Source of the DNA: Eledone cirrhosa
Lineage: Eukaryota
Reading direction: 5' to 3'
DNA length: 64,000 nt
Assembly (NCBI GenBank): GCA_964016885.1
Contig: OZ024742.1
Location: 171,616,001-171,680,000, forward strand
Under the pieces are notes generated by a model. That model saw only the letters and a list, made by a program, of their open reading frames with translations. It ran no database searches and was not told the DNA's origin. Positions 31,355-44,944 of the stretch are shown one piece after another (position 1 is the first letter of the stretch; the number at the start of each line of letters is the position of its first letter). A program made the translations under genes and the position numbers.

Positions 31355-34300
31355 TATTGTTATGCTTTGGGAGGGTCATGTTGCCAAAAGAAACACACGC
31401 ACAGTTGCTTTCACTCCAATTTATTATAAATTAAATTTATAAATTTAAGAATTTATAAATTTCCGGTTGGTTGGTTGGTTCCACAACCAGATGATTATTC
31501 ATATATTGTCAAAGTTCTTTAGTCACACATTCTATTACCTCTTCAGTGACTGGGGATTATTTTCTTTGTTTGTGTGCCTCTCCTTTGTTCTGTCCTACGC
31601 CATTTTGTTTTTGTGTGTGTTGTGTGCTTAGTTTGCGCATGTGTTACATCCGGGTGTCTGTGTGTGATTATATTTGTTTATTTATTTGTTTATTTACATG
31701 TTACTGTTTGGGTGTTTGTTCTATCTGTGTGTGTGTTTTCGTTTTGTCCTTAATTGTAAGATGTGATGTTGCTGTTCCATTCATGTTTTCCATTTTGGTT
31801 GGAGTTCCTGTATGTTTATTGCCTCTGTGATTTGTCTAAACATTGCGTCTTTTCTGTGTGTAGATTCTATTTTTATTTATATGTTGTCTAATTTACCCTT
31901 ATGTTCTCTTTTAGCATGTTGGTAGAGTACAGATGATTCTTTACTATCTTGAAGCTCTCGCCAGTGTTCATTTATCCGTTCCCCTCTACTACGAGCTGTC
32001 CCACCTATGTACAATATATTCTTATCTCTACATTGTCCTTCAGTACATCTTATGCTATATAATACATTTCTAGTTTTATAGTTAATTGTACATTGTTCAA
32101 GAATGTGACACGCACTTTAACATAACATCTCGACAACTACACTTCATAAAAGAATGTGCCTCGTCGCGAGTTTACACCAACACCATCAACACCGATGTAA
32201 GAAGATTACAACTCACCAAAAAGCAAGCAGATAGACTAAAACGAACACTAATTCTAAATATAAAAAAGAAGATTTACAGAGAATTAAGTCATCAAGAAAA
32301 AGATAAGCGTAACCTAATACAAGAAATAACCAAGAGAAAAATTAATATTTATAAACCTTATATGTCTTGAAGAAAAGTACATTGTTCAAGAATGTGACAA
32401 GCACTTTAACAAGAAACTAAAGTGGCTCAAACAGATAAACCTAAATCAAGATACTTTAGAGAATATCGATAGATATTCCGATAAAATTGACGGTATAAAT
32501 ATGGCCGACATCTCATTAACAGATGAATTCAACAACAACAACACAAATATATACGGCAACACTACAGTCGACACTGAAGAATTATCAATATTACAGCTAC
32601 CACCTAAATATGCCACATATAATAAGGTAAATATGATAAAATGCTTGTCAGAAATAGAAAAATCATTTACAAAATTACGTTGGAGCCTCAAAAACAAAAA
32701 CAAAAAGGAAAGTAACAATATACGCACACACACACACATACAACACACATCCCAACAACAACAGACACACAGACACAAAAACAACAATAACAACAACACA
32801 CACATCATCATCAACAATAATAACATACTCAGAAACAACAACAACAGACACGCAGACACAACAAGAATAACAACACACACAACAATAATAACATGCACGG
32901 AGACAACAAAAACAACACACATCAACAACAGCACACATCAACAACAACAACAACAACAACAACACACACATTCTATGCCACCACAATCCTAACAAACATA
33001 CAGACACAGAAAACAGGTAAAGACAGTAACACTGATATAAGGGAAGGTAATAGGATTGAAAGGAGAAGGGAGACTATCAATACTGACAGAGAAAATAACC
33101 AGGACGTACACACAGACACACAAAATAGAATTGATAATAACAATGAACCAGGGGAAAGAGACAGGAGTAATAATGAGAGACTTTGAAACAACCATGAGGC
33201 TGTTGTTGGAAATAGAAATAGAAACAACACAACTAACAATAACAATAGCAATAGTACACATAAAGCAGCAGCCTGGAACTCTACTTTTTATAATCCTTCC
33301 GATAAGTCTTTCGAACTACGACGAGTCGACGCCACAACTTTAGCTTTTAACAAACGCACGCAATTGCCGTCGCAGGTCGATGAACTAACAGAAGCACAAT
33401 TTAGTATATTTAGATCTGAACTTAGAACTATTATAGAACAGTATAGCAAGAAGCAAAATAGAATGGAGGCCCCGCAACTGGGAGAACAATCTGCAAATGG
33501 CTTACGTAACCTCATGCGGCGCTCGCGTAATGGAGAGATTGCAGGTTTCCAACAAACAAGTCTGGCAGAATGTCGGTTGACAGTCTGTCCAACTACATCC
33601 AGGTAATGCAACCCCACATCACTAACACAAGAGAAGTAACACAACAAGAGCATGAGGATAGGGAAAAAACCCTCAATGCCCATATGATGATGTGGACAAA
33701 TATAATGCAGCCCAACAAAAGGACTGCCAACAACTTCCAGGCCTGGAACAATGACGTGCCAGCGTTGTATGGGCTTAGAAAAGACCACAAAACGAGCAGT
33801 GACCCTGTCACAGGACTACCAACACGGCCATACTGTGGAGCTAACATTGCTAGTAACTACAGACTTTCCTATTTCCTCTCCCTGATCATACGCCCCATCA
33901 TTGAAAAGTCGCCAGATATATGTGACAGCACGGAGGACATCCTCAGCAGAATCGGCGAGAATAACCGATCTAGGGACCTAACACACTGTATAATAGGTAG
34001 TATGGATGTTGTGTCCCTGTATCCATCTATTGACGGAGATTTTGCTGTGGAGAAATGCGTATAAATGATCAGTGAGAGCAATGTTGAATTCCGTGGGATT
34101 GATACCAGTGAGCTGGGACTCCTACTTAAACTTACCTATAGTAATGATTATCTAGATACATATGACCTTAGCAACCTGTGCCCTACAAGACCAGCAAGAG
34201 GCAGACCACCTACCATTACCTCAATGGCCAAGAAAGCCCACACAGATAGATGGAACGGGTGGACCAGAGCCATACGGACCCCCGAAAACTACGATGAACT

Positions 34301-35972
34301 AAATAAAATGATTGCACATGCGGTGGGGGCCAGTATAAAATTAACCCTTAAGGAACATATGTTCAAATGTAATGGAAAAACATATGCCCAAGAGGAGGGA
34401 GCAGCCATTGGTATTAGCATTGCAGGTGACATAGCTAACTAATTCATGGTATGGTGGGACAATAGACTTAAACTTAAACTTAAAGAACAATTAGATGACA
34501 GCAACCTCTTAACCCTGATAATGTACTCCCGCTACGTTGATGATATAAACATCGTAGTAACCCCCCCCCCCCCCCCACTAGAGAACAGTCAGGAATGAGA
34601 GACAAACACCATGGAAAGCATCCAGCAAATAGCTAACTCCATCCACCAGAGTATTAGAGTTACTATAGACTACCCAAGCAAACACCCCAACCATCGATTA
34701 CCTGTACTAGACACAGAGCTCTGGTTAGATACCATTAATAACAAAAAACAAATCCTTCATTCCCATTATGCCAAACTCATGACTTCCAAATATCTGATCC
34801 ACCGAAACTCAGCTGTTTCGGACCATACCAAAATCAACATACTGATTGCGGATTTGGTACGGGTGATGAGAAACGTGTCCTGCATGTGCAACCCCGAAGA
34901 ACTAGAGAGACACATAGAACACTTCATCTACCGTATGCAGTTCTCTGGTTACAATCAGAGAGATAAAATCAGAGTATATAGAGGAGCCAGAACCAAATGG
35001 GGAAATAATGGTAACTAATGATACAAATGGGACCTGCCCCTTGTATAAGAGCAAATTTTGGAATAAAATAGAAAGAACTAGGAATAAGGTTAATAGAATA
35101 AACTCATGGTATGATAGCAATAAATACCAGAGTGTAATGTTCGTCGATACAACCCCTAGAGGTGAATTAGCTTACAAATTTAGAAGGGCCCTAGATAAAT
35201 ATAAACTGAATATTAAGATAGTAGAAAGACCAGGTACCTCCATAAAACACTTATTAGCAATACATACCCTTTTCAAAGACGTCCCTGTATAGATAAGAAA
35301 TGTATAATCTATAAATTAACTGTAAAACTAGAAATGTAGTATATAGCATAGGATGTACTGAAGGAGAATGTAGAGATAAGCATATAGTGTACATAGTTGA
35401 GACAGCTCGTAGTATAGGGGAACGGATAAATGAACACTGGCGAGAGCTTCAAGATAGTAAAGAATCATCTGTACTTCACCAACATCCTAAAATAGAACAT
35501 AAGGGTTAATTAGAGAACATAGAAATAAAAATAGAATCTACGCACAGAAAAGAAGCAATGTTAAGACAAATCACAGAGGCAATAAACATAAATGAACTCC
35601 AACCAAAATTAAATAGAAAACATGAATGGAACAGCAACATCACATCTTACAATTAAGGACAAAATGAAAACACACACACACACATAGAACAAACAACCAA
35701 CCAGTAACATGTAAATAAACAAATAAATAAACAAATATAAACACACACAGACACCCGGATGTAACACATGCGCAAACTAAGCACACGACACACACAAAAA
35801 CAAGATGGCGTAGGACAATATATGAATAATCATCTGGTTGTGGAACCAACCAACCAACCGGAAATTTATAAATTCCTAAATTTATAAATTTAATTTATAA
35901 TAAATTGAAGTCAAAGTAACTGGTGCTTGTGTTTCTTATAGGCAACATGACACTCCCAAAATATAACAATAT
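31355..35972 (+). mobile_element. Near full-length Penelope-like element with inverted pLTR (31355-32087 is the reverse complement of about 35313-35972)
   Basis: Long terminal inverted repeat covering the endonuclease end and 3' UTR; internal RT-EN pseudogene; (TA)n nearby on both sides. Confidence 0.92.
32088..35656 (+). pseudogene. PLE reverse transcriptase-GIY-YIG ORF, disrupted
   Basis: LQLPPKYA, LYGLRKDHK, PTRP, GSMDVVSLYPSID, GAAIG, YSRYVDDI, LPVLDTELW, FVDTTPRGEL, NVVYSIGC..C..YI(V)ETARSIGERINEH, RQITEA..LNRKHEW; stops and frameshifts. Confidence 0.92.
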
Positions 35973-36138
35973 ATATATAATGTGTGTTGTGTGCGTGTGT
36001 GTATAAGCAGAGAGATATTTAATTTGTTAGTAATTCAAACAATTTATTTATAACAGATTCGAAGCACTCAACAAGTTTACTGGAGTATAATATCAATGAT
36101 ATTAATAAATGGAAACCATATTTATATAAACATATTTA

Positions 36139-36198
36139 TTTTATTATATATAGTTCAAGAATACCAAAAAAACTTTGGTACGCCCTCATCAGATAAAA
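36139..36198 (-). ncRNA. Type I hammerhead, antisense twin of 36276-36336 (GAAC instead of GAAA, probably inactive)
   Basis: Minus strand ttttat-CTGATGA-gggcgtacc..ggtattctt-GAAC-tatata-TA-ataaaa. Confidence 0.7.
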
Positions 36199-36275
36199 TA
36201 CAAAATTTGTTTCATAAATAGTGACCTATCCTATTAACCAAACCTTATCGGTTCAGGTTCTGAACCGATTTTCTA

Positions 36276-36336
36276 TTTTATCTGATGAGGGCGTACCAAA
36301 GTGTTTTGGGGTACCCTTGAAATATGTATAATAAAA
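36276..36336 (+). ncRNA. Minimal type I hammerhead ribozyme, intact core
   Basis: Helix I ttttat/ataaaa, CTGATGA 36282-36288, helix II gggcgtacc/ggtaccctt, GAAA 36319-36322, short near-palindromic helix III, AUA cleavage triplet (A17 = 36330). Confidence 0.85.
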
Positions 36337-36382
36337 CAAATATGGTTTTATAAATATAGTCTCCATTTATTAATATCATTGA

Positions 36383-36447
<65 letters not shown>

Positions 36448-38391
36448 GAGTTTATATGTATGTGAGTAACCCTGTGTATTTACTAATTGCAGTATTTCTC
36501 TGTTTGGTTCTTCGTCCTTCACCTTCAGTTAATTGTTGCGAACGTTCAGCCTCGTACTTAAAGTAATTCCTGTAATTCAAATTATGTCCTGCTACTTCAC
36601 ACGTCATAACTAAACCACCTTTCATTAAGAAATAATTAAACGATATCTTTTTGCAATTTCATGTCAAATATGTCTATGTGGTCGAGAGGTTCGCTTCGCA
36701 ATCAAGTGGTTTCGAGTTATGTCTCTCAGCGTGGCATTTATGTTGAAATAATCTTGAGGAATGAAATTTCGTAGACGAAAATTACGGAAGCCCGCTTCTC
36801 AAGTATATAATATAATTAGCCGTGGAAGCCCTCTAAGCACTAAATTGAAATAATAAAATAACTCATCCAAACAACAATCGTCACATACATATATATGCGT
36901 CTATGTTGGTTATTTACCAGTTTCGATGTCTGTTTTAGTTGTTTGCTCAAAGGAAATGGCTGCTAGTGAACTTAGCATGGAATGGGTTGTGCGTACAAAA
37001 GACACCGGTACACCTAACGTTATGATATCGATTCATCGTCACATGTAGTTTTTGAGGCGTTTGGTGAGATATCTCTTGCTTTTCTTTTAACCTCCAACAT
37101 ATTAATGTCCCAAATGTTTGCTTTTTGAAAGAAAAGCACGAAAGTTTCCAATATACATGTGTCTTTTGGCTGTAAATTTAGTTGCTTTCATGACACTGTT
37201 ACCAACATAAGACGATTTAGTTGAATTTTCTTGAAAAGTTGAAAATATATTTTATAAGACTATGCTTACTGAAGACGTAGACTGCTTGAATTTACTAATT
37301 AGCCATTTTAATTATAGTGATTAGTGTATGTGTGCGTATGTATGTGTGTGTATGTGCGTATATATGTGTACATATGTGTGTGTATGTGTGTGTGTGTTTG
37401 AGTGTATAAACGTCAAGTTATAATTTCGTATTTTAGTTAATTGTATAGAAGCAGAAAATTCTGTTCAAGTTTGTTATTCTGATATGGAATGTGACCTCGC
37501 CCATTACACACACAAACGCACATACACACAGCTATATATATATAAATGTAAGTGTCTATGAATGAGAGTGTGCATGTGTATGTGTGTGTATGTGTGTAAT
37601 ATTTGGTCTTCTATTGACTGAGCCAAGAAAATAACCCAGCATGGTGTTGGATTTTTTTCTCAAAATATCGTGAAATTTAAATGAACAGGTGTACAGTCTG
37701 CACTGGATGAGGACAGACAATACACGCTGAGTCATTGGCAGAGCTGTAGTAGTATTAGTAGTACTGATGGTGGTGTTGGTGTTAGTGTTGTTAATAGTAG
37801 AGGAGGTGGTAATGCTGGATGTTTTAGTAGCATTCGTATTAGCACTTGTATTGGGTACGCAATTATGATAAAAACAGAACACATGGAAAGTATACACGAA
37901 CCAAATAATAATAATAATAATAATGAGGAGGAGGACGAGGAGGAGAAGGATGAAGGGGAGGAAGTGGAAGAGGAGGAGGAGGGAGAGGAGGAGGAGGAGG
38001 AGGAGGATATTAATAATAATAATAAGAATAATCAAATAAATGAATGCACAAATAAATAGACTGAAATATAAAGAGTGACTCAGCAAGACGAGAAGTTATA
38101 TGAAACAGTTGGAAACATTATAATTTTCATTTCTTTATTAACTTAACATTTCAAGTTGTCTACTGACGTTTCTAAAAGTATATCTTGCCCCTACCCTCTA
38201 CACACACGCACAGGTACACACACACACACACACATATATATTTATGCTCACAAACACGCCATTATATGCATATAAGTACATACCTATATACATATAAGTA
38301 TACATATATAAATACATATATGCATATAGACATACGTCTAAATATATATAAATCCTTACATATATGTATTCATATATTCTATATTAAATTT

Positions 38392-38472
<81 letters not shown>

Positions 38473-38740
38473 ACATTATAATAATAATAATAATAATAAT
38501 AATGATTTCTTAATTGGCCACAAGGGCTGACATCAAGAAAAACATTACAGACGGCACAGGACGGTACGGTGTGGGTTTTGTGCGTGTAAAGATTTGTTAT
38601 TATTTATATAAGAAAAGAAGAAAAAAAGACATAGAAACATATATATAAACAATAAAAATGAAAATTGAAACAATAAAAAATTCCCCAATAGGATGGGGGG
38701 AACCTCCGATGGTTACTCAATAATAATAATAATATAATAA

Positions 38741-38931
38741 TAATTGTTTCTACTTTTGGCACAAGGCCAGCAATCACCCACTGTATTACTGGTACTTTAT
38801 TTTATCGACCCCGTAAGGATGAAAGGCAAAGTTAACCTCGGCGGGATTTGAACTCAGAATGGAAAGGGTTGTAACTCTTTGCGTCAAAGCATGACGTCCG
38901 ACCCTCTACCGATACTGCCAATCCACCACCT

Positions 38932-38932
<1 letters not shown>
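38741..38932 (-). mobile_element. tRNA/Nin-domain SINE inside (TAA)n
   Basis: Full-length match; extra tail fragment at 39000-39055. Confidence 0.9.
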
Positions 38933-39002
<70 letters not shown>

Positions 39003-39451
39003 TGTTTCTACTTTGGGCACAAGGCCAGCAATTTCCCAGTACATTACTGGTACTTAAACAAAAGGCAATTTCTTTAGTCCATCACCATTTATTTTATTAT
39101 ACGTATGGTTTATGTATAACATATGTCAAAACATGTTCTCTTCAGATAAAATCCAGAGGAGGTATAGATATCATTTGATATGTCGGTAGTCAGACGGGCT
39201 ATTCATTTCGGTGACCGGTGAGTATATGCCTGAATAAGTGCTCGACTCAGAAGATGAGGGGTAAAAAATGTTACTGTTGGTGTTGACGTTTTTGAACTGG
39301 TTAAAGTATGACGTTACCAGATTGATAAAATAAATCAAAAGAAAACAAGTATGGATATTAGTCTATATATTTATCACTTAGGTTAGATTAACTTAGATAC
39401 TAAATCGAAATTATAGAAAGTAAAACAAATATTCAAAGATGCTAAAGTTAT

Positions 39452-39640
39452 AATTGTTTCTACCATTGGCACAAGGCCAGCAATTACGCCAGTAAATTAC
39501 TGGTACTTTATTTTATCGACCCCGTAAAGGATGAAAGGCAAAGTGAACCTCGGCGGGATTAGAACTCACACCATAAAGGGGCGTAACTCAATGCTGCAAA
39601 GCATGGCGTCCGACCATCTACTGATACTGCCAATCCCCCA
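39452..39640 (-). mobile_element. tRNA/Nin-domain SINE
   Basis: Full-length match to the family. Confidence 0.88.
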
Positions 39641-40186
39641 ATGAAACTATATAATAAAGAAACATTTTAAATTACTAATTTCGTAGTCAATTTATCTTTT
39701 AATACATATTATATGAGTGGAAAAAAATATTTAACAGTTGGCGTTGATTATACAATTAGTTCGAAGGTAAATGTGTGTGTATTATAGCCTAATTTATCAT
39801 TTTATGTTAGAATTAATTCACTTAGATACTATTTAAAATTTAAGAGAGATGTTAAATTTATAATGAAGAAATATTATATTACTTATTTCAAGATCTATTT
39901 AAGATTATTTATATTTTAACAACAAATTAGCTTAAAACTATATATAAAGAAATGTTGTATTGCTTTCAATGTATATTGAGCATTATTTAAATTTTAACTA
40001 AATACATTATGAAAAGTTTTGCCGAATTTGTGAAGACAAGAACTAAAGATTTCAGAGCGTTTATTTATAATTGTTCTGGTACAGAGGTCACAACCCTTAG
40101 GATAGATGCATTTTCATAAGAAAAAGCATGAGGAAGTTTCCGGCACGGAAATGAATATTCAAAAATATTATTTTAAAGCGACCAAA

Positions 40187-40385
40187 GGGGTGGATTTGCA
40201 GTATCGGTAGAGGGTCGGACGCAATGCTTTGAGCTTTGACGTATAGAGTTACGGCCCTTGCCATTCTCAGTTGAAATCCCGCCGAGGTTAACTTTGCCTT
40301 TCATCCTTACGGGGTCGATAAAATAAAGTACCAGTAATGTACTGGATAATTGCTGGCCTTGTGCCTAACGTAGAAACAATTATTT
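40187..40385 (+). mobile_element. tRNA/Nin-domain SINE
   Basis: Full-length match; 20-bp TSD attattttaaagcgaccaaa at 40167-40186 and 40379-40398. Confidence 0.92.
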
Positions 40386-40486
40386 TAAAGCGACCAAATA
40401 AATTCTAAATCAATTCTAGATCAACTAACTTTCTTAAATTGAACAAATATATATATATGTATTTCCACAATTGTACGTATATATAC

Positions 40487-40564
<78 letters not shown>

Positions 40565-40773
40565 GCATAACATCTACTTAAATGTAATATGAACGGTAAA
40601 TGTTAAAAATATGGTCTGGATATGAATGTTAAGCTGAAACCTTACAGTTACTTGTAGGTCATAATGTTTCAGGATAAAATCCTTTCACAAAAATGTTAAT
40701 AGAATTATCTAGTTCGGGGTCGTATATTTCTGTTGGTCCTAATCTACTTTTTGAAATCTCAAGCATATCTCCC

Positions 40774-40820
<47 letters not shown>

Positions 40821-40825
<5 letters not shown>

Positions 40826-41535
40826 CTACCCAGGTATTTGAAGTCGTCAGCTTGCCTGATTATATCGCCGTTTAGACTTCGCATACCAACTGAGGAGTCT
40901 TGGTTCAGGCAAATATATTCTGTTTTGCCTGCGTTGACATAGAGTCCGATTTCCTTTGCAACTGATTTGATGCTGTGAAGTAGTGATGTTGCATCCTTAA
41001 GGTAGTCAGCGAGGACCGCTAAATCATCCGCATTGGTGATTTTCTGAGCTGCATGGCGTCTACACTTTCGCTTTGTGAGAGTGAAACCAAGCTCGAAGTT
41101 TTCGTCCAGGGCTTTTCTTAATACATAGTCGAGGCAGATGATAAAAATATATGGGGCAAGAATATCCCCTTGGAAACTGGAGAAAAAGCTAGACGAGGCA
41201 AACACACGTATGCTCCGCGCTGCTTTGAGCGTGTCTTGGAGGGAACAGCCACAAATAAGGATCTCTATGGCAATATACCACCTATCAGCAGGTCAATACG
41301 TTGACAGAGACTCAGATTTGCTGGCCACTGTTGGCGCAGCAAGGAAGAAATAGCAGGTGATATGTTGTTATGGAGTCCATCTCATAGAGCAAGAAACGCT
41401 GGTCGTCCCAAGAAGACATACGTCAAACAACTTGAGGACGATATTGGATGCCCTGCGGAAGAACTGGCAAACGCTATGAGAGACAGAAATGGATGGAGGA
41501 AACGTGTCCTAGAAAGCCGAGCAAGCTCGACCTGA
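40821..41535. mobile_element. RTE-group (RTE-X-like) LINE remnant with inverted 5' part
   Basis: About 40821-41171 minus: QGDILAPYIFIICLDYVL..NADDLAVL..GLYVNAGKTE..FKYLGSY. About 41173-41535 plus: KKLDEANTRMLRAAL..LRFAGHCWR..LLWSP..GRPKKTY..MRDRNGWRKRV*. Confidence 0.88.
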
Positions 41536-42028
41536 GAGAGAGAGAGTGAGGGGGGGGGGGGCGTATATGCGTAAATATATGATATATATATATATACGTA
41601 TATATGTAAATAAATGTTACTAACGTTTGCCGTTCCTGCCAGTAAGAGAATGGAACTTGTCATCATTGCTGCCAAAGGTTTCACTAATCAATATGTCCAC
41701 TAATATGGAATAGTTCTGTCGATACGTTAAAATTTATATGTTGAGGAAATATTTATCGGAGTAACATTACACAGAAAATAATATATATATCTATATATAT
41801 ATATAGAGAGAGAGAGACAGAGAGAGAGAGAGGGTGGGGTGAGAGGGAAAGAGAGAGAGAAGAGGAAAGTGAGAGGGAGGGATTATCTGCGGTGCTGAGA
41901 CCTCGGAGACCTCGGTTCATAGAAATGCATGGAGAGACTAAGATTTTGTATATATATAGGAATAACCCATACAGCGACGCCGTGGTCGGGATATACCGAT
42001 CGCCCTCCATACAAACACACACACACAA

Positions 42029-42100
<72 letters not shown>

Positions 42101-42175
42101 ATATATATGCATCACTGCACCGATTGTGTTGTTATTTCTGTTTACCTTTTACATACATATATATATATATATATT

Positions 42176-43447
42176 TACCGTGACGATGCGCTCCTATTAG
42201 TTAAGAATATGAATAACCAGAATTTAGAAAGGATGCGTAAAAATATCAGAAAACTTTTTAAAGAACTAGGATTAAATATTACATTTGAATATAACCTCAA
42301 AGAGGTCAATTTCCTTGATGTTACTTTCAATCTCAATACAGATACGATTAAACCGTTCCATAAACTAAATGAGAACCTTAAATATGTAAATACGAGTTCT
42401 AACCATCCACTCTCTATAATTAAATCCATCCCTAGAAATGTTTCTCTTAGAATCTCCCGCCTATCGTCCAACCAACAAACCTTCAAAGAACATGCCGAGT
42501 ATTATGATGATGCACTTAGGAAAGCCGGTCACCTAGATAATATAGAGTATATAGTCAATGATCACCAAAACACCCAAAATAAATCACATAGGAGTAGAAA
42601 TAGCACAGAATCACCACCATACATACACTACCGCAATAGACACAATAATAGTCGCACACCACCAAACAGAAGGCGATGTAAGGAGTATATCTGGTACAAC
42701 CCGGTCTATAACAAATCTATTAAAACCAATCTACCCTCAAAATTCTTTCGATTAGTTAGAAAACACTTTCCAACATCACATAAATATAATAAAATCTTAA
42801 ACCCTAACACCATCCGACTTTCATATTCAACCGCCCCTAATATTGAACAACATATAAAAATGCTTAACGCAAAACGGTTGTATAAACGCCTTCCAACACA
42901 TAACAATACACGTAAAACATTAGCTATAACATCACAAAACAACAAACAACATCCTGTTCTACATAAGCAACCTCATCAACCCATCCATGGCAATACAACA
43001 ACGCAAAATTGTAATTGCAACTGTGTCCAACCAGGAATGTGTCCGTTGAACAACCAGTGTCTTGAACGCAACATCGTATACAAATGTACTATCGAATCGG
43101 ATAGACAGAAGTGGTACTATGTGGGATCTACAGCCACCTCCTTTAAATCACGCCTTTATAGACATCGTTATTCGATAAAACATGAAAACCAGCGTTATGT
43201 AACAACACTCGCAGACAAGGCTTGGCAGCTGCGTGAAAATAACCAACAATTTCACCTAAAATGGGATATAATAGCGACTGCCCCCCCATATTCCAATGGA
43301 CAGGAATTTTGTAGATTATGTAATGTAGAATTATTTTGTATTATGAAATCCAAAAACATTTTATTAAATAACAGAATAGAGCGATCGTTATACTGTAACC
43401 ATCGCTTAAAATCTACATTTTCATATTATAAATACTACCAGGATTGA
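42176..43447 (+). CDS. Naiad-type Penelope-like element ORF, uninterrupted from the RT catalytic motif YRDD through GIY-YIG (5'-truncated)
   Basis: [80 protein letters not shown]; no internal stops. The ORF-track start at 42107 is read-through of microsatellite. Confidence 0.9.
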   Translation, partial: YRDDALLLVKNMNNQNLERMRKNIRKLFKELGLNITFEYNLKEVNFLDVTFNLNTDTIKPFHKLNENLKYVNTSSNHPLSIIKSIPRNVSLRISRLSSNQQTFKEHAEYYDDALRKAGHLDNIEYIVNDHQNTQNKSHRSRNSTESPPYIHYRNRHNNSRTPPNRRRCKEYIWYNPVYNKSIKTNLPSKFFRLVRKHFPTSHKYNKILNPNTIRLSYSTAPNIEQHIKMLNAKRLYKRLPTHNNTRKTLAITSQNNKQHPVLHKQPHQPIHGNTTTQNCNCNCVQPGMCPLNNQCLERNIVYKCTIESDRQKWYYVGSTATSFKSRLYRHRYSIKHENQRYVTTLADKAWQLRENNQQFHLKWDIIATAPPYSNGQEFCRLCNVELFCIMKSKNILLNNRIERSLYCNHRLKSTFSYYKYYQD

Positions 43448-43915
43448 ACGCCTGTCTCTATCCCCGTTTGATTGTCAAAATAGATATGAACATTCTTTAT
43501 TAGTCTTAATTCTATCAACTCTTCTATTATTTACCTTTTAATACAAACTGCTATAGATAAAATGAGATTTCTGATTTTTTGATTCAATTCCCTAGAGCAA
43601 ATACCAGCTGACCACTAGCATTGATGTTATTTAGTAGCAATCGAAATCTCCCCCTTCCCCTATTGACACTTTATGATTAATACTACTGCACCAAATGACC
43701 AGCCCTGTCCACTGTCCAGTTGGTCAAGTAGAGATTAAAATCGGCACCCCCAAAATTCTTATTTAGATTTACTCATGGTATTCTCATTAAAAACCCATTA
43801 TATACTTGTTTAGCAGTAAATTATTTTACCATCTGTCATATTCTATCCCCTCTGTTCCTTCCTCTTTTACTAATATAAATACTTCAATTTTTCTGATTTT
43901 ATCCAGTTTATCCAA

Positions 43916-44034
43916 AATCTCTGAAGAAGTGACAACTGATTATACATTTGCTATCGAATACTTGCTAACATTATATGATTACGCAAGCAGCGATACATAG
44001 GTATTCGGTCTGTTACAGAAACATATGTCAATAC
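43916..44034 (+). ncRNA. Hammerhead motif in the 3' pLTR of the Naiad-type PLE (helix I weak)
   Basis: CTGAAGA 43921-43927, helix II gtgaca/tgttac with long insert, GAAA 44018-44021, palindrome ACATATGT, C17 = 44029. Confidence 0.6.
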
Positions 44035-44884
44035 CTAATAAATTCCTTTTTTAACAAAAGCACTTTCATTTTATATTCATCCTTTCTATATATATATATA
44101 TATATATTAGTTTATTAGAAAGATCGAGTATCGAAAAATCGGCGCACGAGTTAACGAAAAACGAAATCCGATATGAGCGGCAGAGGGCTCAATAATTCAG
44201 ATGAATCAGAGCTATAACTATCGTTAAAATACCGTCACATATAGAACAAGTCTACAATCAACCATACGATTTAAAATCGATAAAGGAAGATTCGGGCCAA
44301 ACAGATAAAAAATATCAATAAAACAATACGTCAATAATTTAAATGAATGTAAAATCATACCCGGACCCACTAGAAAGGTGTTAAATCTAGCTTCATGGGT
44401 TTCTGTAAATCCTTAGACAGTACTCTATCAGCTCACATATAAATATAAAAGCCTACTAGAATAAGTGGAATGGAGTTTACGTTGTCAACGAGTTTTATCC
44501 TGGCGGCAAAGGAGTCAACTAGCGGTGAAAAACGCACATGGCATTAGACAAGGGAGATGACCCCCATATCCGCGAAAATAATTCGAGTGAATGTGGAAAT
44601 ACACATATCGAATTAGAGTGCTCAATAGACATGTTAAAATAAAACAAAAGCTATTCATCACTCAATAGAATCGACAAAATATGAGCAATAAAATTAACTG
44701 GTTCACCACTGGATAGAACTGGTCATTCCGTATGGTCAATCCTGGTGTAATATTGTGAAGAGTACTCAACGCAGTGCAGTTCACCCATCTTCGTTTGTGT
44801 AGTTGGTAGTGTGAAAACGGAGTTAATTATAAATGAAATAAAATAACAGGAGGCTGGACTGGTATAAATCCCTGAAAGGTTTAT

Positions 44885-44944
44885 TATACTATGATCATTT
44901 CAATGACCGGGTTCCATATGAATCCGGTGATATCATCAGGTATT
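44885..44944 (-). ncRNA. Type I hammerhead ribozyme, intact core
   Basis: Minus strand atac-CTGATGA-..accgg..ccggt..-GAA-ATGATCAT-A-gtat; palindromic helix III. Part of the fold-back 44828-45121. Confidence 0.8.

Noticed and set aside
37556-38086. 176-aa hydrophobic ORF and the opposite-strand acidic ORF
   Set aside because: Produced by (AAT)n/(GAG)n low-complexity tracts.
43000-43600. Selenocysteine recoding, reported for some Naiad PLEs
   Set aside because: Cys motifs use TGT/TGC; the only in-frame TGA follows the final conserved motif, and no convincing SECIS was seen.
44100-44820. Complex sequence next to the 44.9-kb hammerhead as PLE coding remnant
   Set aside because: Frames examined are stop-ridden with no RT or GIY-YIG motif.
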